From: an uncultured Acidobacteriota bacterium
Lineage (GTDB): Bacteria > Acidobacteriota > Thermoanaerobaculia > Multivoradales > SZUA-115
DNA length: 64,000 bases
Direction of reading: 5' to 3'
Assembly (NCBI GenBank): GCA_963805975.1
Contig: CAWDVR010000002.1
Coordinates: forward strand, 736,001 to 800,000
Made by a program: the position numbers and the translations under genes. The notes below the pieces were generated by a model, which saw only the letters and a list, made by a program, of their open reading frames with translations, did not search any database and was not told the DNA's origin. Shown piece after piece: positions 29,935 to 39,511 of the stretch; the stretch's first letter is position 1, and each line of letters starts with the position of its first letter.

Positions 29935-31395
29935 CTAGCAGCCCGGGCCAGCGGTGCCGCCGAGCACTTCTTCCGCCGCGGCCCGCAGGTCTTCGAGGCA
30001 GGCTTCGAGCTGCGCGCGGTGGGTGCGAAAAGAAAGGACGCAGATCCGAATCACGAACCCGCCGGCCAGCTCGGTGCCGGTGAGGAACACCCGCTGGCGG
30101 GCGTTGATGCGAGCGAGGAAGCGATGGTTCAGAGCGTCTATCTCGGCCCCGTCGAGCTCGACGCCTCCCCTGGGGGCGGGCCGCAGCCGGAAGGCGAGGA
30201 GCGAGAGCTGGGGCTCCGCGACGATCTCGATGCCGGGCACCACGCGGAGCGCCTCGGCCGCCCAGGCCGCGAGGTCGAGCTTCTCGTCCAACGCCTCGCG
30301 AAAGGCGCCGGCGCCCGCGAGCTTCAGGGGCAGCCAGACGCGCAGCCCGCGGAAATCCCGCGACAGCTCGGGCGAGACCTGGCAGAAGTCCGTGAACTCC
30401 GGCGACGCGGAGAGGTGGCGCATGTAGTCGGCATCCACGGCGTGGGCGCGGTGCAACGCGGCGCCGTCGCGCACCAGGAGGCAGCCGGTGCCGTAGGGCA
30501 GAAAGAGCCCCTTGTGCGGATCGAGCGTGACCGAGTCCGCCCGCTCGATCCCCGCCATGGCCTGGCGGCCGCGCTCGGTCAGCACGAAAAAGCCACCATA
30601 CGCGGCGTCCACGTGCAGCCAGAGGCCCTCGCGCGCCGCGAGGTCGGCGGCGGCGGCGAGGTCGTCCACCGCGCCGGTGTTGGTGGTGCCGGCGCTCGCC
30701 ACCAGGAGGAACGGCCGCAGTCCACGCCCGCGGTCCTCGGCGATCTGCCCGGCCACCCGATCGAGCCGCAAGCGAAAGCGGTCGTCGGTAGGGATGGATC
30801 GCACGTTCCGCGCCGGGAAGCCCGCCAGCGCCGCCGCTTTGGCCACCGAGTGATGAACCTGATCCGAGGCGTAGATGGTTCCGTCGAGGAAGTTCTCGGG
30901 CAGCCGCTCGCGCCGCGCGGTGACCAGCGCCGTGAAGTTGGCGAGCGAGCCGCCGCTCGACAGATAGCCGCCGGCCGTTTCCGGGTAGCCCACCATCCGG
31001 GAGAACCAGCGCAGGACGTTGGCCTCGAGCTCGGCGAGGCCCGGCGCCGCCTGCCAGACGGTCACGTAGCGGTTGACGCTGTCGGCGATCAGGTCGGCCA
31101 CCGCCGAATGAAAGAGCCCTCCGCCGGGGATGTAGGCGAGGTAGCCGGGGCCGGCGGTGTTGTAGCTCACCGGCACCAGGCGATCGAAGAGCAGGTCGAG
31201 GAGAGGGCCGAAAGCAGTGCCCTCCTCGGGCAGCGGCTCGCGCACCGAAAGCGCCAGCTCCGCACCCCGGCTGTCGTCGTAGCCCGCGGGCTGCTCGGGA
31301 AGCGAGGCGAGGTGCGCCACGACCCGCTCCATCGCCTCCGCAACCAGCTCGCGCATGGCTTCGGGTGTGGGTTCGAGAAGGTAAGAGCTTGTCAT
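29935..31395 (-). CDS. Group II PLP-dependent amino-acid decarboxylase
   Basis: SGGSLAN, HHSVAKA, AGTTNTGAVD, HVDAAYGG, DPHK; start near 31395. Confidence 0.9.
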   Translation of the reverse strand: MTSSYLLEPTPEAMRELVAEAMERVVAHLASLPEQPAGYDDSRGAELALSVREPLPEEGTAFGPLLDLLFDRLVPVSYNTAGPGYLAYIPGGGLFHSAVADLIADSVNRYVTVWQAAPGLAELEANVLRWFSRMVGYPETAGGYLSSGGSLANFTALVTARRERLPENFLDGTIYASDQVHHSVAKAAALAGFPARNVRSIPTDDRFRLRLDRVAGQIAEDRGRGLRPFLLVASAGTTNTGAVDDLAAAADLAAREGLWLHVDAAYGGFFVLTERGRQAMAGIERADSVTLDPHKGLFLPYGTGCLLVRDGAALHRAHAVDADYMRHLSASPEFTDFCQVSPELSRDFRGLRVWLPLKLAGAGAFREALDEKLDLAAWAAEALRVVPGIEIVAEPQLSLLAFRLRPAPRGGVELDGAEIDALNHRFLARINARQRVFLTGTELAGGFVIRICVLSFRTHRAQLEACLEDLRAAAEEVLGGTAGPGC

Positions 31396-31448
31396 CTCGT
31401 CATCTCTACGCCTTGAGGATCGGATCTGATCTGAGTATCCTATCGAAG

Positions 31449-31694
31449 ATGCGTATCTCGGTGGTTCTGCCCGATGACCTCGATGCCGACCTCGAGAGGG
31501 TCCGCCGACAGGAGCACGTGACGACCTCCAGGATCGTCCGCGACGCCCTCGTGTACTACCTCCGTGATCATCGGCGTCGCTCCGCAGGCGAAGCCCTGAA
31601 CCGCGCGGCGGATCGCTCGGGGATGACCGACGAGATGGTTCGCCGCGCACTCGACGAGCTGAAGGCAGAGCGTGCCCGTTCTGACCGGTCTTGA
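31449..31694 (+). CDS. RHH/CopG-family antitoxin
   Basis: MRISVVLPDDL...SRIVRDAL..YL; overlaps the PIN gene; TTGAGG-17-TATCCT upstream. Confidence 0.8.
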   Translation: MRISVVLPDDLDADLERVRRQEHVTTSRIVRDALVYYLRDHRRRSAGEALNRAADRSGMTDEMVRRALDELKAERARSDRS

Positions 31695-32082
31695 CACAGG
31701 CGTCTTCGTCCTCCATTCGAGAGGTCATGCCGAGGCCGGCCGGTTGTGGGACGAGGCAGTCTCAGGCCGGCGGCAGGCCGTGGTCTCGGCGATCACTCTC
31801 TTCGAGCTCCTCCGGCTCGGTCTGCGTGGAACCGTGCCTCAGGAGTACACAGCCGTAGCGCTGAAGAGCATTCCAGGCGTCTGCGAGGTGGTGTGGATCG
31901 AGAACCTCGACCTGCTGAGCAGCGCAGGTCGCCTGAGCCACGGAGTCGGGCTCTCTTCGTCCGATGCGCTGATCCTCGCTTCGCTGATCGACCGTGAGTG
32001 TACCGAGATCTACACCGTCGACAGCGATCTGCTGCGCTACCAGGCAGCCGGCGTCGAAGTTGTCGGCCTTCGGCGACCCTGA
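31672..32082 (+). CDS. vapC: VapC PIN-domain toxin
   Basis: LDT, SAITLFE, DALILAS, IYTVDSD. Confidence 0.82.
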   Translation: MPVLTGLDTGVFVLHSRGHAEAGRLWDEAVSGRRQAVVSAITLFELLRLGLRGTVPQEYTAVALKSIPGVCEVVWIENLDLLSSAGRLSHGVGLSSSDALILASLIDRECTEIYTVDSDLLRYQAAGVEVVGLRRP

Positions 32083-32083
32083 G

Positions 32084-32527
32084 CTACTCCACCTCCGCCT
32101 GCTCCACCTGCCACTCGCCTTTCAGCTTCTGGCGGGTGACGGTGAGCTCGCACTGCCAGTCGCCGGCGCCGCGGCCGGCGGCGAGGGTGCCGCGGAGGAA
32201 GCCTTCGAAGGCCACCGGCAGGGCTCCGGCACGGCTCGCCCCCTCGAAGGTGGCGTAGAAGTGGTCGCCGTGGATCGTGCCTTCCATCTCGGCGCGGAAG
32301 GGCTGGTTCTCCCGGGTGGCCCCGGCCATCGAGCCCGAGAGCCGGGTACCCCGGGCGTTGATGCGGAACTCGACGGTACCGTGCACGCTGCCCTCGAAGG
32401 TCCCCTTCCAGACGCCGCGGTTGGGCGACCGGCAGCCCCAGGCCAGGCCCATACAGAGGAGCAGGGCCGCGACCGCCCAGGAGCGCCTCCGACTCGCCGG
32501 GCCGTCCGCACCGGCTCGATCGCGCAT
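32084..32527 (-). CDS. Putative lipoprotein, beta-rich
   Basis: Basic N-terminus, hydrophobic core, LAWGC lipobox-like motif; GxWxG beta pattern; start uncertain. Confidence 0.6.
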   Translation of the reverse strand: MRDRAGADGPASRRRSWAVAALLLCMGLAWGCRSPNRGVWKGTFEGSVHGTVEFRINARGTRLSGSMAGATRENQPFRAEMEGTIHGDHFYATFEGASRAGALPVAFEGFLRGTLAAGRGAGDWQCELTVTRQKLKGEWQVEQAEVE

Positions 32528-32673
32528 TCCGTAAATCCCTTCCATTGTGAGCGCCGGAAGCACCTCGAAGCCGAGGTCGTTTAGAATCCCGGCTTCAAGC
32601 CTACCCGGTTCCATCGCCCACGCGGTGCTTGCGAACCAACCCGGCCCGCAATCCAGCAGCCAAGGAGGGAGAG

Positions 32674-33909
32674 ATGAGGATCGTCGTGTTTGGGGGATCC
32701 GGCCGCATTGGCCGCGCCGTCGCCTGGGATCTTGCGCACGACCCGGCGATCACCGAGGTCGGCCTGGTCGGCCTCTTCGCCCGCGATCTCGAGGCCACCC
32801 GCGACTGGATCGGCACCGGCAACCTGAGCCTCCACGCGGTGAGCGTGGACGACCGCCCTGCCATGCTGCGCCTGATGCAGGGCTTCGACGCCGGGGTGCT
32901 CACCCTGCCGGACCGCCACACCAGCTACAAGCTCGCCGAGACCGCCATCGTCGCCCGGCTGCCGATCGTCGACATTCTCGAGGAGTATCACCGCCGCCCC
33001 GACCGCTACGAGACCGAAGGTCTGGAGCTGCCGCCCGGCGTGCGCTTCGACGAGTACGGCGAGTGGCTGCACGAGGAGGCGGTGAAGCACGACGTGACCT
33101 TCCTCGACGGCATGGGCCTCGCTCCCGGCCTGACCAACGTCACCGTCGGGGCGGCGATCCGCCAGCTCGACCGCGCCGAGTCCGCCGTGGCGCGCGTGGG
33201 GGGCATCCCCACCAAGGCGGCGGCGGCCAACCATCCGCTCTCCTACATGATCACCTGGGCCTTCGAGCACGTGCTGCGCGAGTACGTGATCCGCGTCAAC
33301 GTGCTCCAAGACGGCGAGGTGGTGGAGGTGGAGGCCGGGGCCGAGCGCGAGACCTTCCATTTCGGCGAGCTGGGACGGGACGAGCAGCTCGAGTGCGCCA
33401 TCACTCCCGGCATGCCGAGCTTCCTGTTCACGCGGCCCGAGCTGCGGTCGTTCGCCGAGAAGACCGTGCGCTGGCCCGGCCATTGGCAGGGCATCGAGAC
33501 CTTGAAACAGTGCGGCCTGCTCGACCTCGAGCCGGTGGCCTTCGAAGGCGCCGCGATCGTCCCCCGCCGCTTCCTCTCCACCCTCCTGACACCCCGCCTG
33601 CAGCCGGGTCCCGGCGAGTCCGATACCTGCGTGATGTACAACACCACGCTGGGAGAGAAGGACGGCCGGCGGGTGAAGATCGAGCACTTCATGTGGGAGG
33701 AAGGCGACCCCGCGCGCGGCCTCTCGGCCATGATGCGCACCACCGCTTTCCCGGCCGCCGTCGCCGCGCGCTTCCTCGCGGCGGGAAAGATCGAGGCCCG
33801 CGGGATCGTCGCCCCCGAGGACGGCATCATCGGGGCGCTCTACACCGAGTTCCTGGCCGAGCTCGAGCAGCGGGAGATCAGCATCCGCGAGGTGACGACC
33901 GAGCTGTAG
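32674..33909 (+). CDS. Saccharopine dehydrogenase / lysine 6-dehydrogenase family protein
   Basis: GGSGRIG Rossmann motif, GLAPGLTN, VGGIP, ITW, EKTVRWPGH, AMMRTT. Confidence 0.85.
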   Translation: MRIVVFGGSGRIGRAVAWDLAHDPAITEVGLVGLFARDLEATRDWIGTGNLSLHAVSVDDRPAMLRLMQGFDAGVLTLPDRHTSYKLAETAIVARLPIVDILEEYHRRPDRYETEGLELPPGVRFDEYGEWLHEEAVKHDVTFLDGMGLAPGLTNVTVGAAIRQLDRAESAVARVGGIPTKAAAANHPLSYMITWAFEHVLREYVIRVNVLQDGEVVEVEAGAERETFHFGELGRDEQLECAITPGMPSFLFTRPELRSFAEKTVRWPGHWQGIETLKQCGLLDLEPVAFEGAAIVPRRFLSTLLTPRLQPGPGESDTCVMYNTTLGEKDGRRVKIEHFMWEEGDPARGLSAMMRTTAFPAAVAARFLAAGKIEARGIVAPEDGIIGALYTEFLAELEQREISIREVTTEL

Positions 33910-33921
33910 GGTGGTGCGGCG

Positions 33922-34482
33922 CTAGTTCTGCCGCTGCAAGGCCAGCTTCACGGGCGCCTTCGCCGGCTTGCCGTCGATGAAGAAGAGCCACTCCGCCTCG
34001 ACCTTGCCCTCGGCCTGGAAGCGCAGGGCGCCCTGGTGCAGGTGCGGCGCGTAGGTCGAGCCCAGGTTGGTGCCACCATCGAAGGTGAAACGCAGGTCGT
34101 CCGGCGTCGAGGCCGCGGTGTCGAGCCGCAGCCGAGGCTGGTTGCCGGTGGTGCAGTAGTGGGTGAGCACGAGACGGTCCTCGTCGAGGTAGTAGACGGA
34201 GACCATCTCCTGATCGGCGCCGGCATACTGGCGCTCGATCACCGCCCGGCCTGCGGCGGTGATCTCGTAGCGGACCTCCGCTCCCGGCCCCTTGCCGTCG
34301 CCCGGCGCCTTCCAGATACCTGCCAGGCCCTTGATGCGCTCGAAGGCGGCTTCGCCGTCGACCGGCGCAGGCGCCTGGGCGACGGCGAGAACGGGAGCCA
34401 ACGCCAGCAGAGCCAGTGTCACCAGAGTCCGCGCCGGTGCAACCATCCGGAACCGCGAGTCGATCGTCCGCCGCTCGTTCAT
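33922..34482 (-). CDS. Secreted hypothetical protein
   Basis: Signal-like segment; LAG.W, MVSVYY.D, LTHYC..GNQPRL. Confidence 0.7.
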   Translation of the reverse strand: MNERRTIDSRFRMVAPARTLVTLALLALAPVLAVAQAPAPVDGEAAFERIKGLAGIWKAPGDGKGPGAEVRYEITAAGRAVIERQYAGADQEMVSVYYLDEDRLVLTHYCTTGNQPRLRLDTAASTPDDLRFTFDGGTNLGSTYAPHLHQGALRFQAEGKVEAEWLFFIDGKPAKAPVKLALQRQN

Positions 34483-34531
34483 GGCCTTCCTCGCACTGAA
34501 AAGAGGCTCGCTCCCGTCATGCGAGCTCCCA

Positions 34532-34909
34532 TCATGCGAGCTCAGAGCGAACCGGGGCCGAACCGTACCTTTGCGTAGCATAGCCCAAGATCAATCCGAC
34601 GATCGATCCAGGCAGCATGATCTCCAGCCAGTAGGGCGGCTGCCCGGCCTGGAGGTTGATGAAGCAGACCAGGAAGGCCAGGAAGAGGCCCACCACGGCG
34701 CCGAAGACCAGCCCCTTGGGCAGCGACCTCACTTTGCGCGCGAAGTAGCCCGCGAGAAGGCCCACCAGCAACCCCTTGATGGTGGAACCGATGACGATGC
34801 CAACGATGCCCTGCTTGATCTCCGGCGTCGGCGCGGACACCAGGGCGGACAGCCCGTCGAAGGCTCCGAGCAATGCACCCAACAACACTCCCAGCAGCGG
34901 CTTGTTCAT
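34532..34909 (-). CDS. Small 4-TM membrane protein
   Basis: LG..LG..DG, GSTIKG, PGSIVGLILGYATQ; AGGGGAG RBS. Confidence 0.75.
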   Translation of the reverse strand: MNKPLLGVLLGALLGAFDGLSALVSAPTPEIKQGIVGIVIGSTIKGLLVGLLAGYFARKVRSLPKGLVFGAVVGLFLAFLVCFINLQAGQPPYWLEIMLPGSIVGLILGYATQRYGSAPVRSELA

Positions 34910-34973
34910 CTCTTGTCTCCCCTTTCAGAAGCGCTATTACCCGTGATCGGGTCGTCCTTTGAGCCCCCGCCCA

Positions 34974-35987
34974 TCACAGCCCGCGCCACCAGAGGAGCGC
35001 GGTGCGCATCGCCAGATAGGCGAGGATGAGCAGGATCGGCACCCGGTGCTTGCGGACGAAGCGGGCAAGCCGTTCGGCCGGCCGCTCGCGGTAGGCATCG
35101 ATAGCCAGGCCGGCCAGATACTGGGAGACGTCTGCCGCCAGCTCCGGCGCCCCCGGATAGCGAGCGGCAGGGTCGGCTGCCAGGGCCTTGGAGCAGATGG
35201 CGGCCAGCGGCCGCGGCACCTCGGGAGGCAGCGGGTGACCCTGCTGCTCGCCGCCCGGCACTGGCGCCCGGCCGGTGAGCAGGAAGTAGAGCACCGCCCC
35301 CAAGGAGTAGACGTCGGTCCGCTCGTCGGTCCACTCCGTCTCCCCTCGCGCCTGCTCGGGTGCCATGTAGCCGGGGGTGCCCAGCACCGTGCCGCTCTGG
35401 GTGCCGGCACCGTTCGCCGGGATCGGGTCCGGTGACTCTCGATCCCGCGGCTCACGGGCTCCCCTCTCCTTGGCCACCCCCCAGTCCATCACCAGCACCT
35501 CGCCGAACGGCCCTACCATGACGTTCTCCGGCTTGAGGTCACGGTGGATCACGCCGTGGGCGTGCGCAAAGGCGACGGCCTCGCAGAGGCGCTCGAAGAC
35601 GACGAGCAGCGCCGCGAGGGGTCTCCCCGAGCGCGCCACCTCGTCGAGGCGCTTGCCCGCGATCAGCCGCATGGCGTAGAACCGGCGGCCGTCCGGCAGC
35701 TCGCCGGCCGCGTAGACCGGCACGATTCCGGGGTGCTCCAGGCGGGCGATGATCCTCGCCTCCCGCATCATCCGCTCCGCCGCCTCGCGGCCGGGATGCG
35801 ACAGCACCTTGAGCGCCACCTCGCGGTCAAGCTCGCGGTCGTGAGCGCGGTAGACCGTGCCCATGCCGCCCTGGCCGATGGGCTCGAGGAGGCGGAAGCG
35901 ATCGAGCTCCGGGGCCGGGACCCCCGCCGGAGGCTCGGCGGCGAGCGCGCGCAGGTGATCGACCGCGGCGTCGGAGAGCGCTCTCAT
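34974..35987 (-). CDS. Hanks-type Ser/Thr protein kinase with a C-terminal TM
   Basis: [36 protein letters not shown]. Confidence 0.92.
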   Translation of the reverse strand: MRALSDAAVDHLRALAAEPPAGVPAPELDRFRLLEPIGQGGMGTVYRAHDRELDREVALKVLSHPGREAAERMMREARIIARLEHPGIVPVYAAGELPDGRRFYAMRLIAGKRLDEVARSGRPLAALLVVFERLCEAVAFAHAHGVIHRDLKPENVMVGPFGEVLVMDWGVAKERGAREPRDRESPDPIPANGAGTQSGTVLGTPGYMAPEQARGETEWTDERTDVYSLGAVLYFLLTGRAPVPGGEQQGHPLPPEVPRPLAAICSKALAADPAARYPGAPELAADVSQYLAGLAIDAYRERPAERLARFVRKHRVPILLILAYLAMRTALLWWRGL

Positions 35988-35994
35988 CGCGGCG

Positions 35995-36741
35995 TCAGGG
36001 CAGCTCGATGCCCAGGACCTGCCGCGCCTCGGCGCGGAGCTCCTGCTCGCTCGCCGTGCCGGCCCGCAGGCGCTCGAGGGCGAGGCGGCGGAACTCCCGG
36101 CGCACCCAGTACAGGTAGTTGGTCACCTGCGTGACGGGCAGATCGAGCTCCGCGCCGAGCTCGCCGTAGGTGGGGCGTCGCTCCTGGTCCTCGAGGTCGT
36201 AGCGCTCGAAGAGCCGGAAGTGGGCGCCCTTGCCCAGCTCCTGGCAGCGGCGGGAGAGGGCCTCGACCGTCGCCTCGAAGAAGCTCCGCGTCCACTCGCG
36301 CTGGAAGTACTCCTCGACGTCGAGGACCTCCGGCATGCCGCTCGCGGCCAGCTCCCCCTCGACGAACGCGAAGTCGAAAGGCACGACCTTCAGATCGCCG
36401 CCCCGCTTGGCGCGGCCGGCGGCGCGACGCTGGTTGGCAACGAAGCGGTCGACGCAGGTGCGCAGGTAGGTGCGGAAGCGGGCGACCTCCGGGTCGTAGC
36501 GGTCGAAGAACTGCTTTTCGAGCGCCCGGGTGAAGAACTCCTGGGTCAGATCCTCCGCTTCCTCCTTGGCCGCGCGCCAGCGCACCCGGAGATACTTGTA
36601 GACCGGCTTCCAGTAGCCCTCGGCCAGCGTGCCGAAGGCGCGACCGCGCTCGGCCTCGTCGGCGCTCGCCACGGCTTGCAAGAGGGAGTGCCGGGTGAGA
36701 GGGAAGGCTCCCGCGGGTGGTGCGGTGGGGGATCGATCCAT
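35995..36741 (-). CDS. ECF sigma-70 factor, kinase-associated type
   Basis: [39 protein letters not shown]-terminal HTH; start MDRS at 36741. Confidence 0.85.
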   Translation of the reverse strand: MDRSPTAPPAGAFPLTRHSLLQAVASADEAERGRAFGTLAEGYWKPVYKYLRVRWRAAKEEAEDLTQEFFTRALEKQFFDRYDPEVARFRTYLRTCVDRFVANQRRAAGRAKRGGDLKVVPFDFAFVEGELAASGMPEVLDVEEYFQREWTRSFFEATVEALSRRCQELGKGAHFRLFERYDLEDQERRPTYGELGAELDLPVTQVTNYLYWVRREFRRLALERLRAGTASEQELRAEARQVLGIELP

Positions 36742-36936
36742 GGCCTGACCGGCGTTTTCGCGAACCAGCAGTATAGCCAACGCCCTGGATTTGCCGGCCC
36801 GGGTCCGAGCTGCTATCCTCACCGTCCGCCGGGGCTTTCCTCCGGCAGGTTCATCCCCCCGCAGCGCTCCCTGTTCCGCGAAGAGACTGGAGCACACCGG
36901 CCGCAAGCCCGCCGGTCGAGGGATCTGGAGATCACC

Positions 36937-38778
<1,842 letters not shown>

Positions 38779-38783
38779 GCCCG

Positions 38784-38812
38784 AAAGAAAAAGGGCGCCC
38801 AAGAGGGCGCCC
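38784..38812 (-). terminator. Intrinsic terminator
   Basis: GGGCGCCC-4 nt-GGGCGCCC stem followed by a T-run on the minus strand, downstream of 38871-39242. Confidence 0.7.
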
Positions 38813-38870
38813 GGGATCCGCCGGCTGCACCGGCGGTGCAGCACGAGCGGCTCTACTGCCGGTCGAGCAC

Positions 38871-39242
38871 CTAGCTCAGCACCTCGACGCGCGTCGCCTT
38901 CATCGTGAAGCCGTCGATGGTGAAGCTGACCGCGACCTTCTCGCCGACCTTGAGGTCGGTGATCCCGATCGGCTTGCCGTCTTCGCTGAAGGTGGCGGCG
39001 GGAGCCAGGGTGAAGCTCTGTACCTTGTCATCAGTCTTGACGGAAAGCGTCTTGGCGTCGGGATCGACCGCCGTCAGCTCACCGACGACCTTCTTGGCGT
39101 CGGCCTTGGCGCCATCATTGGCCGCGACACTCATGCTGGCCGGAGCCGAGGCCTCGTCGGCCGTTGCAGAAGCCACCGCCAAGCCCGAGAGAGCGAGCAC
39201 CGAGAGCGACAGGGCCGCGGTGACAGAAGCGACTTTCTTCAT
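38871..39242 (-). CDS. Small secreted OB-fold-like protein (DUF5666/DUF1344-like)
   Basis: Signal peptide MKKVAS...; G.L.AVD...L.V, DLKVGEKV.V; AAGGAG RBS. Confidence 0.75.
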   Translation of the reverse strand: MKKVASVTAALSLSVLALSGLAVASATADEASAPASMSVAANDGAKADAKKVVGELTAVDPDAKTLSVKTDDKVQSFTLAPAATFSEDGKPIGITDLKVGEKVAVSFTIDGFTMKATRVEVLS

Positions 39243-39308
39243 GTAGTTCTCCTTGTTGTCATCCGTTGCTGGGGCCGGGCCGTCCCGGCCTTCTGGAGAC
39301 CTACCTAG

Positions 39309-39324
39309 AGCACGGCCCGTGCCA
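39309..39324 (-). promoter_or_regulatory. sigma-54 (-24/-12) promoter
   Basis: TGGCACGGGCCGTGCT: GG-N10-GC, about 66 nt upstream of the ATG at 39242. Confidence 0.6.
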
Positions 39325-39458
39325 GAACCCTGCTTTCTGGCCTTAATGCCTGCCAGTAAAGGCTTTGCACCCATCGCTCGATCGTCGAGTCGCTGCTGGG
39401 CGGCGTGCCGGAGGCGTGCCATCGGGGCATCCTTCCCGGCCACCCAGGTTAGAAGCTG

Positions 39459-39489
39459 AAAAAAGGCCCTGCCTCACAGCAGGGCCTTT
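39459..39489 (-). terminator. Intrinsic terminator of the TonB receptor gene
   Basis: AAAGGCCCTGC-CTCACA-GCAGGGCCTTT stem with a T6 tail on the minus strand. Confidence 0.8.
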
Positions 39490-39511
39490 GCGCTTCGATG
39501 AGAGGGCCGGT

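Noticed and set aside
29935-33909. Decarboxylase + saccharopine-dehydrogenase-like gene as a polyamine pathway
   Set aside because: The genes are divergent and separated by a TA module and a lipoprotein, and the decarboxylase is group II rather than the carboxynorspermidine type.
34511-34543. Two tandem 15-bp repeats (CTCCCRTCATGCGAG)
   Set aside because: Only two copies and no spacers; probably a local duplication at a stop codon, not CRISPR.
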